DNA of 63,815 nt, counting the filler, from Octopus bimaculoides (Eukaryota), in NCBI RefSeq assembly GCF_001194135.2. It is 7 parts of 6 records of this genome, joined end to end, with 100 filler letters (N's around TTAATTAATTAA, not from the genome) between each part and the next. Parts side by side here need not be neighbours in the genome. Positions count along the whole stretch, not along the records: positions 11,589 to 35,821 come from NC_068988.1; 6 more parts are not named here. One strand, written 5' to 3'. Of the stretch, positions 12,786-24,455 are shown one piece after another; position 1 is the stretch's first letter; every line of letters starts with the position of its first letter. The notes under the pieces are model-generated. The model was not told the DNA's origin. It did not search any database and saw only the letters and a list, made by a program, of their open reading frames with translations. A program made the position numbers and the translations under genes.

Positions 12786-12977
12786 TAACAAAAACACCAG
12801 GACTTACAAATATATATAACATACAGAAAATTGCACTACTGGGTACTGCACACATTCTACGCAAAACACTTTCAATACAGTAAACATAAGAGCACCACAG
12901 CAAACCACAGCACATACCCAAGGCGCATAGAGCTGCGCTCGATAGTGAAGTGAAAGCACGTTATAAAAATAAAACTA

Positions 12978-12985
<8 letters not shown>
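12786..12985 (+). mobile_element. Duplicate of Dong family-2 3' end across a 10-N gap (probable assembly overlap)
   Basis: Appears identical to 12570-12770. Confidence 0.8.
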
Positions 12986-13036
<51 letters not shown>

Positions 13037-13049
13037 TGATGATGATCAC

Positions 13050-13088
<39 letters not shown>

Positions 13089-13091
<3 letters not shown>

Positions 13092-13250
13092 TTCTACTAT
13101 AGGTACAATACCTGAAATTTGTGAGGAGGGCATAGTCGATCACATCGACTTATCCCTGCGCTCAACTGGTACTTATTTCATCAACCCCGAAATAACGATA
13201 GGCAAAGTCAACCTCGACAGAATTTGAACTCAGAATATAAATAGAGACAA
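13089..13250 (-). mobile_element. SINE-B, 3' two-thirds
   Basis: CCTTTCTACTATAGG.ACAA..CCTGAAATT...GTCGAT.ACATCGAC...GGCAAAGTCAACCTCG..AGAATTTGAACTCAGAA. Confidence 0.8.
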
Positions 13251-13514
13251 CTATCTTCTATCGGGCTAAAGATCCAGCTTGCTCACCACTTTTTTTGTTA
13301 CTTAATACAAAATATGCATAATTGTTGCATCAACAGAAAAATAATTTGCAGTATTTACGTTCTGGGCTCAATTGTACCTTTTGAAACGATCGATGTCGAT
13401 AAAATGGAGTGACAATCAAGAACCTGAATCACTGTATTCGAGTAAGCCCTACACTTAAGTTATGTCGGCTTTGTCTATCAATTAGAAACAATATTAGTGC
13501 TAAATATTTCGGAA

Positions 13515-14995
13515 TAGTAAAATGATATTATGAATACATGGAAAGAGTATATAGGAGATTTATTTCATGATGTGAGAGTAATCTTGCCTAGTTTTTCTGA
13601 CTCTAATGTGGGTTCAGAGATCCTATCATCTGAAGTAAAGGCAGCCATTAAAATTATGAGAAAAGCAAAACTACTGGACCAGACGTAACTGTCATTGAGA
13701 TGACAAAATTATTAGAGAAATATAGAATTAGAAAACCGACAGATATAATAAAAACATATACGATGATGGTAAGCTTCCAGATGATCTGAGTAAATCCATC
13801 CTTATTGCATTCTCAAAGAAATCAGGAGCCGTGGACTGTGAACAAAATTTCACAATTAGTCTTATAAGTCACGTAACAATGATCATTCCGAGAAGAAGCA
13901 GAATAACACCTGAGATTGAAATTTAACTGATTGGTTTTGTGAAAGATGCCGGTACTAGGACTGCTATTTTTGTATTGAGACTGATAACAGAACGGGATCC
14001 GGAGATCCAAAGAAACGTATTCCTTTGTGTTATACATTACACAAAACCCGTCTTCAAAGTAAGACATGACATGATATTTGAAGAACTCAGTAGCCTTGAT
14101 ATGCATGGAAAAACCTCCATGTGCATTTAGGTGGATGGAGAATGCGATGAGAGGGGTTTGAAGAGGATGGGATATGTCACCAGATCTCTTGAATTACTAT
14201 AGCGAATTGACCATAAGATAACTAAAGAAAGAAAAGAGTAAAAGAGTAGGAGGCAGAAACATCACAAAAATAAGGTATGCAGATGACACAGAACCGGTAA
14301 AAGGACTTCAGAGACATTTGGATGAAGTGGATAGAGAATGTGAGATGAAGTTTCTGTTCTTAAATTGCAAAACAGAGTGTATTATGGGAACAAAGAAGAG
14401 AACCCCAAAGTGCGTGCTAAAAGTGAATAATCAAATTATTAAGCAAGTAACATGCTGCAACTACCTAGGTACTTTGATCACAGAAGATGCAAGATGTATG
14501 AAAGAGATCAAAAGACAAATAGCGCTGGCAAAATCTGCATTCTCAAAATTGTATGACATCTTCAGAAACTGTACTATGACCGTCTTGACCAAGATCTGTA
14601 TATTGAACTGCTATATGTACCCTGTGTTAATGTATGTAAATGAGGCAGGAATGAAAGGGTGCTTGGAGAGCTACGAAATGTGGTTCTGAAGAAGAATATT
14701 GGGGATAACATGGACAGAGTGTTTAAGGAAGAAGCGATAACCTAGGTTGCAGAAAATAGGAAACTGACTCGTGAGAAACGGGAAAACAACTGAGATTTCT
14801 TAGTCATGTGACGAAGGATGACAGATTAGAGAATTTACCGATGATCGGAGAGAGTCAAGGTAAAAGAAGCAGAGGAACGAGAAAGATTATGTGGATGTCA
14901 AACTTGAACTGGTTGAAAGGAAGGAGAATTAGACATCAAGAACTGAAAATGTTGCAAAGAACACCGAAACAAAGAACTGGGAGTTGCAGCAGGAC
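13515..14995 (+). pseudogene. Decayed RTE-clade LINE reverse transcriptase
   Basis: Frameshifted pieces WKEYIGDLFHDVR; GFVKDAGTRTAIFVLRLITER; RYADDT (AGGTATGCAGATGACACA ~14275); NYLGTLITEDARCMKEIKRQIALAKSAF; LENLPMIGESQGKRSRG. Confidence 0.9.
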
Positions 14996-15094
14996 GCGAT
15001 TGCCTCTGTCTTTATGCTGTATACGGTACTTAAAGAGAAAAGAGAACAAAATGTGTGTGTGTATGTGTGTGTGTCTGTGTGTGTGCGTGTGTGT

Positions 15095-15632
15095 GTTTCC
15101 TTTTATCTTTTACTTCTACCAGTCAGCCGTGTATGGCCACGGTGGGGAACCACGCTGTAGAACTTTTAGTCGAATGAATCAACCCCGACCCCAAAACTTA
15201 TTTTTATAAGGCCTTCTACTTATTCTAACCGTACCGGTATCAGAATCGCTAAGTTAGGAGAACGTAAACACATCGACACGGTTCTCAAGCGGTGGTAAGG
15301 GACAAACACACACGCACACACACATACACTACGTGACACCTTGTGCTAGTGTTTTCTACTATATCCTTGGGTCTACCAAAGCCGTGGGAATTGATTTAGT
15401 AGGCGTGTATGTGTATATCTACGTGTGTGAATATGTGTGTGCGTGTTTAAATTTGTCTATCTCCACCTATTAACAACCGGTGTTGCTTTCTTTTCTTGCC
15501 CGTATATTAGCTGTCGGCAAAAGAGATCGATAGAGTAAATGCGTTAATTTAACAAAGTACTGGGGTCGATTTCAGAGACTAAACACTTCAACGTGGTCCC
15601 CTAGCATCGGTGCAGTCTACTGACTGAAAAAA
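15095..15632. mobile_element. Decayed SINE-A fragments in opposite orientations (- 15095-15330; + 15330-15632)
   Basis: Matches to both halves of the SINE-A consensus seen at 59016-59436. Confidence 0.65.
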
Positions 15633-15661
15633 AGTGATATATATATATATATATATACATA

Positions 15662-15987
15662 AAGTGGCACTCCGTCGGTTACAACGACGTGGGTTCCAGT
15701 TGATCCGATCAAAGGATCAGGCTGCTCGTGAAATTAACGTGCAAGTTGGTGACCACTCCGCAGACACGTGTACCCTTGACGTAGTTGTCAGGGGGATTCA
15801 GCGTGACACACTGTGTGACAAGGCCGACCCTTTGAAATGCAGGTACTACTCATATTTGCCAGCTGAGGGAACTGGAGCAACGTGAAGTAAAGTGTGTCTT
15901 GCTCAAGGATACAACGCGTCGGCCGGTATTGAACTCACGACCTTATTATCGTGAGCCGAATATCCTAACCATTTGGTCACGCGCTTT

Positions 15988-15988
<1 letters not shown>
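15662..15988 (-). mobile_element. SINE-C-tailed SINE with a variant middle segment
   Basis: GTGGCACTCCGTCG...GTGAAATTAACGTGCAAGT as in SINE-C, followed by CCAGCTGAG.GAACTGGAGCAACGTGAA..AAAGTG..TTGCTCAAGGA.ACAAC and a tRNA-like head. Confidence 0.8.
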
Positions 15989-16042
<54 letters not shown>

Positions 16043-18772
16043 AGAGAGAAATAGGAATAATGAGAGAGTGAGAAATAATAGATAGATAGATAGACAGATA
16101 GATAGATAGATAGATGACAGGTTCATCGTATTTATAGAGAAATAAATTTTGGTTCAGTAGATTAGTTTTTGTATCTTAACACAGCAGAGATTAAGCATTG
16201 TTGAGATCAATAAACATAAATTCAATTTAATTTGTTTATGTCGAATTGATTTCCTGTCTTATTAACAATGGTTTGCCAGTAATTTACCAGCTTCATGGGA
16301 GAAAATCTCATTGAATACTTAGAAATAAAGATCTTTGTAGTCTTAAAGAGCAGCAGCAAACCGAATAGGCAGAATGACGTGACGGACAGTCAATTGTGAG
16401 TTTACCGATTCGTATCACATCATGGGTTCTGAGCTGTATCCATGTTCATTATAATTAGCTCAGAATCGACAAGTGCAGCTGGCTGTAAATATCCTGTTGT
16501 AGAGAGATGAGGATCTGCTTTATTTATGGATATCTTCATATACTTGCTGTAATGAATACAGAATGGCTGAATTGTCAATAAGTTCACATCGCATTCATGA
16601 GAACTCGGCTTCGATACCACGTCTTGCATACGTAAAGCATACAATGATGGGAAAATGACCTCGTCCACCCGTTAGGAGAACGTAAACACACCAATACCGG
16701 TTGTCAAGCAGTGGTAAGGGACAAACACACAAACATGTAAGAGCACGCACACACACGCGCACGTACACACACACACACACACTAATTAAAAGAAACAATC
16801 GGAGTGTTAAGTATTGCGACGCTAGATTTGAAAATCTTGGGTTGTCAAAGAATTCAGTGAATATCGACAGGTTAATTCATAACTGAGGGGATTGAGCAAC
16901 TGATTCTTCATCGCCGAAACTGATGGAGATTCATTTCCTTCATTTCCATAAGTAAAGATTTTCCTACGCGCGAGTATATTTCAGCAACGAACTCTTCTAA
17001 GCCGGCGTCTTGTAGTAATATAAGCGACAGCGGCTTTGGATAAGCCTAAAAGTTAGACTAGTTTACACCAAGCTTGATCAATTTTTATTGAATTCAGTCG
17101 TAATCGCGTTGCTTTTCTTCCCCTGGGATCGATAAAATACGAATTGAAGCAGTCTTACATTACTGTAATCGGACAATCACTTTCGTCGTTTATGTCTGTT
17201 TTAGAAATAATTATTAAGTGTTGTTTTAGCAGAAAATACCACTAAACTACACAGATCCATGTCTGGTTGTTACCTTTATATTGCTGTAGAGATGCCGGTT
17301 TATGTAGGGGTGACGAGGGATGAGGAGAGGCAATATATCTTGAGGAAGGTTATCAATTTGGGTTTGCAAGTTCTAATGAGCCACGAATGCGATAAGACTG
17401 CAATAGAGTTAGTTCTATTGAGAATGCTAAGTTGAGAATATTAATACAAATTGCACGAAACTGAATGAAGAAAGGAAAAGGTTTCTGGAAGGTATATATG
17501 GTAGTAAAAACTACTTAACGAGCATTATGTTGCAGAAATGGGAAGACTAATAAATCTGTAGAGAAAAAAAACAGCAGGCAATATCTGATGCAGCAAAAAC
17601 ATCAGCCTGGCCTGCTTTCCAGAACACTGTCAGTCTTATCTCTAAAAGTGATGGGTGGGGGTGTCACTTTATACTCGGCCTTGGATACATGTCCGAAAGC
17701 ACTCTCTTCTATCGAATGTAGCGATCAGTAGCATTACTTTATTATCGTATGATGAGCAGAAAAAATGCACGAGAACAGCGAATAACAAACCATTGCTGAA
17801 ACTATACGAGGTAAAAAAAATATATAAAATATTTTTTAAAAAAGGGAAAACCTAAAACGTGTGGAATGAAATAAACAAAACTGTAAGGAAGTTGAATCTC
17901 CTCAGAAAAACATTGTACGGCCCACAGTAGTGCGCCAGGAAGAAGAGGACGTAGTACACACACACACACACACANNNNNNNNNNNNNNNNNNNNNNNNNN
18001 NNNNNNNNNNNNNNNNNNNNNNNNNNNNNNNNNNNNNNNNNNNNNNNNNNNNNNNNNNNNNNNNNNNNNNNNNNNNNNNNNNNNNNNNNNNNNNNNNNNN
18101 NNNNNNNNNNNNNNNNNNNNNNNNNNNNNNNNNNNNNNNNNNNNNNNNNNNNNNNNNNNNNNNNNNNNNNNNNNNNNNNNNNNNNNNNNNNNNNNNNNNN
18201 NNNNNNNNNNNNNNNNNNNNNNNNNNNNNNNNNNNNNNNNNNNNNNNNNNNNNNNNNNNNNNNNNNNNNNNNNNNNNNNNNNNNNNNNNNNNNNNNNNNN
18301 NNNNNNNNNNNNNNNNNNNNNNNNNNNNNNNNNNNNNNNNNNNNNNNNNNNNNNNNNNNNNNNNNNNNNNNNNNNNNNNNNNNNNNNNNNNNNNNNNNNN
18401 NNNNNNNNNNNNNNNNNNNNNNNNNNNNNNNNNNNNNCAATCAATCCAAATAAAGGGAGAGAGCTGACTTGGTGAGTGTTCTAGTTCGGTTTAGCTAGAT
18501 GTTTCCTAAATGTGTCTCAGCAGACAGCTTTCATTTTTATTGCTACGTTTTTCGAAATTAAATATCTTGTTTTATTATTACATCTATTTCATTTTTTTTT
18601 TTATTATTACACTTCTAATATGCCGATTATTTACCATCCGCAACCTCGCTCATGCTTATATATAACGTTTTGTCCCACCCCACACCTATTGGGAACTCCT
18701 TTACTCTTACCATTCTTTGTGTCTTATTGAACTTTCTGAGGTCAAAGAAATCATCATAATCGTCGTCGTCGC

Positions 18773-18808
<36 letters not shown>

Positions 18809-20174
18809 ACATATCATCGTCGTTATCATTATAATTATTATGGATACGTTCTTCTTTTTCTCATTGTTATCGTCGTATTTGTCACTGTTCTCGTCATTGC
18901 TGTTCCATGACACGACAAAACTTGTTTATACATATTTTGCGAGATCAGAAAGTTTGAATTATTTCTCCGTTTTTTACTGAATGAGAAATATTGGGTTTTA
19001 TTAGTTGACAAGGAAACCGGTTAGAAAGTCCATATGTGCATTTTCCTTAGTGGAGTGTGCTTTAAGGTTTGTACGTTAGACATTTGTTGTTTTTTTTTAT
19101 GTATATATATCGTGCAAGCAAATACATTGCAAAGATGGCGCCAGCAATAAAAAGAAAGTCAAAAATATATCGAAATGTCCCCAGAAGCATAGATGAATAG
19201 AACATATTTTACAAAGAGAAAAGAAACAATGTGAACATTAATAAATGCACAAACACGCACAACTCAATAAAACTATAAAAGAAGTCTGTCCTTGAGCATT
19301 AACAATAGAAAAGAACAAAATGTGGAATGACGATAACTACAACAATAACAGTAACAACAACATTAATTCACATTTGTCTGTAGAGCATTAAAACGAAAAT
19401 ATTTTTGAACACGTCAGCTTTATCTATGATGCTAGCGTAAGTGAAAGGTTGGATACAACTAAACTCCCATAAAGAAGGTAATCGTACAGTGTTATGTGAG
19501 GCAATGACAGTACCACCTTTCCCTAACAGTATATTCTAGAAAAAGTAAGGAAGAGCAGCACATTTTTGTGTATATCGAAAAATGACAGGGACTTTCAGTC
19601 GACTTTTCTGTGAGAAGAATTATTATCCATCGAACTCGTCAAAGTCTGTCGCACTGAATACCTGATATTTAGGACCGAGCATACAGCAAAAAAGTAAGAT
19701 ACGACTCCATGGAATATTTTTGCTGTATTTCGTTTCGTTACCTAAAGATAAAATTTTTATTCTAACATAATTCAACTTTGGCTTTCGTCATTTCGGGATT
19801 CCGATTAACTGAGATGGCAAATAAAAATGATTCATCCCTGCAAAAACTCGTTCGATCATGTCAACTAGAAAATCAATAGTTTTGCTTTTAGCACAATTGA
19901 TTATCGGAAAAATCCTGATTCTTTTAATTTTGCTGTAAAACATTAGTTGCAATGAGAACTGTTTATTGCCTATCTGACTTTCCGTTATCTTTAAATCTAG
20001 TTATGATACTCGTTGGGTAAAATCAAAATAGGTAGATATCAGGGCAAGCGCGATATGTACATCAGTTTACAAGATAATTGGGTTTATTGAAGTGGGCATT
20101 TCACTGCATGTATATAACTATGTGTGTGTGTGTATGTGTGTGTATGTGTATGTCTATATATATGTATATATGCA

Positions 20175-20255
<81 letters not shown>

Positions 20256-20329
20256 TTAGAACTGAGCATACATATGTGTGTGTGTACGCACACACATAGA
20301 TAGCCAGAAAGATAGATATATATATATAT

Positions 20330-20397
<68 letters not shown>

Positions 20398-20400
20398 TAA

Positions 20401-21965
20401 GAAACTCTAGGGAAGGTGAACAGCATGCTTTCGGAAAAGTAACCACCACCTATTACAAGTTTTTCAACCCTTAAACTTGTTCGACCTTAGATGGTGCCTC
20501 TCTGCTGCTACCTTCTGTGCTACTGTCTGGCTTGTAATCTGAATCTCAAGCTGCCCCACAATCAAGATACCTTAGATGACGTAAGCACTTCGGTTTAAGG
20601 CATTAGTTGAACGTATGGTAAATTATACCTTCTGAGGTTCTCTTTCATTCCTCTTCGACCAAATTAAGTTGGGAATCTTCTTATCTGCTTCTACCATTGA
20701 CTTCAGCTGATCTGGTTCTCTTTTTTTCCGGATATCAAGAGCCATTTCATGAACTCGTTGGCAGATTTACTCACAAACCCACTAGCTCCCAATTCTATGG
20801 CAAGAACTTTGTCTTGAAAGCAAAAGTTTCTTAATTTGATGCCTAAATTTGTCGTATTTTTTTTTCCAGTTTTGTAAATACAAGTCCACTCGTTGTTTTC
20901 ATATAATATAGTGAATTCGGTCTGAATCACTTGCTTTAACGAAGGTAAACAGAGTACAATCTCTTTCACTTTCTGAAACACCATCAATATTTCACTCAGC
21001 GTTGATGGATCATTAACCCTGCGCGTGTAAGCGACGCCGGGTTATTGTAGTCACTCGTCTTTCTCTATCTGTATGTTTTCAAAATTACGAGAAAATAGCT
21101 GAAGGGGTTTTCACCATATTTGGCAGAAATACTCATTGGATGGGTGGCTCGAACTCTTTACATTGTGGATTGATTATCTTCAACACTGGTGAATGGTGAA
21201 TCAAAATGTTTCTTTTCTTTGTTACATATGCGTAAACGATAGGCAGAGGAAACGCCTTTTGATGTCATTTTGTTGAAATATGAATTCGTCAGAGAATAAA
21301 TTCATTAGATTAAATTTTACTTTATCCTTGTGAGCTCGCAGGGGAGGCATCGCACTTCCGGTGCTTTTTTTCTTTCTCATTACTGAATGCTTCTTCTGTT
21401 ATTGCTGTCTACATAGGCTCCAGGTTCTCAAGTGATTCATCGGAATGAAAATTGGAATAAGTTTTCTTCGGGTGTTGCTCAAGAGTTTCTTTATCTGTTA
21501 CCAGAGTCTCAGACTTTGTGCGAACAGTTTCCTAGCAACGTAGAAGTGATATCTGAAGAATTTATTTTTGGATTTTCTTCTTACTATTCCTTTCCCCCGA
21601 TTCTACTATTCTGAAAGTACTGTCCTTGAAATCTTTCTAGATCTTATACAGCTCTTAAATCTTAAAATATGATGCTGCCTTCATTTGTATTCTGAGATTT
21701 CTTTTCTCCCTCAGGATGTTATCTGTTAGTCGTTGACACGTGGAATTAAGAAGGGGCGTTCTCACCCGTGGCAATTTCACTCCATAGGTTTCCCTACAGT
21801 TTGCATAAAGAATATCACTAAATTTGGCTAGTTTGTGCTTCAGCGTGCTCTTTCTTCTCAGTTCATTCAATTTGAGAACTAATGCTCTGTCTAGTCTTTC
21901 CTGAATTTTGTGTGATGGGAGTGGACTGCACTTCTGGGTTCCAGGTTGAGCTTGTTGCGTTTGGC
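20401..21965 (-). mobile_element. HERO-like (R2 superfamily, REL) LINE remnant with RT deleted
   Basis: Minus-strand pieces KLAKFSDILYANCRETYG, KFF..ARKLF..LVTDKETLEQH.KKTYS (pre-RT region) and LCLPSLKQVI..EFT..YE...LAIELGASGFVSKS...IWSKRNE (REL C-terminus). The 3' end abuts (TATC)n. Clade assignment is from memory of HERO motifs. Confidence 0.65.
21013..21330 (+). mobile_element. Helentron/HINE-like non-autonomous insertion within the HERO remnant
   Basis: TTAACCCTGCG...CGCCGGG hairpin-like start, TATTGTAGTCACTCGTC..TCTATCTGTATGT, then AAAATAGCTGAAGGGGTTTTCACCATATTTGGC, similar in layout to 41791-42100. Confidence 0.45.
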
Positions 21966-22213
21966 ATCAGGGTCTATACAAATTTCACATCCAAATCAAC
22001 AGAAAACAAAATTATACCAACATGAACACATCACTTCTATGCAATCGTTCACCGGAGAAAGAAGTGTGTGATTCATGAAGCAACATTTGACTGATTTAGT
22101 ACTACACCTCAAAAACGCCATTCCTAATCTCCTTTCCTAATCGATGGTATAGAAGTGTGCGTGAGTGTATGTATTTGTGTGTATGTGTGCATGTAGTCTA
22201 AGAGCAGAATGTG

Positions 22214-22250
<37 letters not shown>

Positions 22251-22383
22251 AGGCCACTAGGTGGAATGCAAATGTGCTAGAAGAAGATCACATGTCATGT
22301 GTCTACTAAGACCGGATAATTCTCAAAGTGCTGGTTACCTGGTATTAAATTGATATTAATTAGTATCCAATTGTTACCCTATT

Positions 22384-22431
<48 letters not shown>

Positions 22432-23067
22432 TCAAAGACATGCATACATGCGTATGTGTGTATGTGTGTGTGTATACAGACACACACGTATATGTATGTA
22501 TGTATGCATACATTTATATATCTATGTAAAATATAGGAACGATTTATTTTTATACCACCAAAGACTTAATTAATAAAATGAAAAAATGTTTCCAGTGACC
22601 TAAAATATACTTCAGCCATAATAAGCTATTCACTATATAACCTACATATCAGTGTTGTTAACATGTCTGGGAAAGTGCTGATGCAGTTATACCACGTTAT
22701 TTTAATTTGAATTATTGAGCTGTTTGTTCACTAACTTATAGTAAGCATACAGCAGAAAAATAGAGCAAGTGATCGGATTGACCAAGCATAGATGCTGCGA
22801 CTACTTGTACATTAATGAAAAGTAAACAAAGAAACAAAAAATCAATGAATACAAGCCGTGACTGCAGTAACTCATTACGACCAAACATCAGCAGATCTTG
22901 GGTAGAAACATCGATTACGCAACGAATGGATGGTGAGAAAACGGAAGATGGAGAACACGGAAAAGAACATGATGGTAAGGATGAGAGGAGGAGGAATATG
23001 GGAGGGGGAAGATGATGGAATAATCGTGATAAGAAAAATAAAATAATATGAATTAGGAGCAGGAAGC

Positions 23068-23221
23068 TAATAATAATAATAATAATAATAATAATGATGA
23101 TGATGATGATGATAATGATGATGAGGAGGAGGAGGAGGAGGAGGAGGACGAGGAGAAGAAGAAGAAGAAGAAGAAGAAGAAGAAGAAGAAGAAGAAGAAG
23201 AAGAAGAAGAAGAAGAAGAAG
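23068..23221. repeat. Compound microsatellite (TAA)n(TGA)n(GGA)n(GAA)n
   Basis: Read directly. Confidence 0.95.
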
Positions 23222-23425
23222 GGTTTCAAATTTTGTCGCAAGTGCAGCCATTTTGCGGGAGAAGATGAGACGATTACATCGACCCCAGTGTTTCACTGGT
23301 ACTTAATTTAGCAAACCCGAAACGATGAAAGGCAAAGTTGATATCGGTGCAATTTGAACTCAGTACGTGAAGACAGACGAAATACTGCTGAGCATTTTGC
23401 CCAGCTTGCTAACGATTCTGCGAGC
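23222..23425 (-). mobile_element. SINE-B
   Basis: GTTTCAAATTTTG..GCAAG...CGATTACATCGACCCCAGTG...ATGAAAGGCAAAGT...CTAACGATTCTGC. Confidence 0.8.
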
Positions 23426-24169
23426 AATAATAATAATAGGGATTTCTTTATTCCTTATTAATGTTTTAACATAGTTTTTCAACTCCATCAGTGTGTACAT
23501 AGTAAAGAAATGATAATACCTGTAACTAGAAATGTCCAAAATGTTCTTAAGACAGTAGGCGAATTCAAACGCTGAAGGAAGAGTAAAAGGAAAAGGTACT
23601 TGGTATTCATGCAACAAACAAAGGTTGACGGAATTAAAGAACGTTGGTTGTGGCTGATGGACAGAAATTTGCTACGAGAAATCGAAACTAATTATATCCG
23701 CTCAACAACGAGTCAAGACAAATCTGATAGAGGCAATGACTGATAAATCTAAATCAGGGAGCAAATGTTGAATATATGGGAAAATAGACGAAGGAACTAA
23801 CCCTATCTTGAGGAAAGACAGTAAGCTAGCAAAAGAATGAGTATAAGCGCAGACATGATTGTATAAGTAAAAGAGCGCCCAGGGATATTAGCCGAGTGTG
23901 TGGATTCAAAATAATACAAAATTTATCTGAACACGAACCAGAAGCTGAGCTAAAGAATAAGAATAACATGTTAATAAAGCTATGTGAGAACAGACTGGAT
24001 GTCAAAAATAATACCAGGACAGAACTCGAGAGATAAAGATATTGTGGAAGACTAAGACGATAACTATTGCTGTGGTAATTGGTACACTTGACACAACACC
24101 GACACTGGTACACAAGTAAGCATTTAGTCCGACTAGTTAAATATTCTGCCAGCTCACCGCTCTCATAAG

Positions 24170-24215
24170 GATGATGATGATGATGACGACAACGACGACG
24201 TCGACGATGATGGTA

Positions 24216-24273
<58 letters not shown>

Positions 24274-24455
24274 CGACGACGATGATGATGATTGGGTGGT
24301 TGTGGTGGTGGTGGTGGTGGTGGTGGTGGTGGTGATGATGATGATGGTGATGATGATGATGGTGATAGTGATGATGATGATGATGATGTTGATGACGACG
24401 ATGATGATGATGACGATCATGATGATGATGACGATAGTGATGATGATGATGATGC
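24170..24455. repeat. Compound microsatellite (GAT/GAC/GGT)n
   Basis: Read directly. Confidence 0.95.

Noticed and set aside
12570-12991. Apparent tandem duplication of the Dong 3' end
   Set aside because: Identical copies flanking a 10-N gap; likely the same assembly artefact. A true tandem insertion cannot be excluded without long reads.
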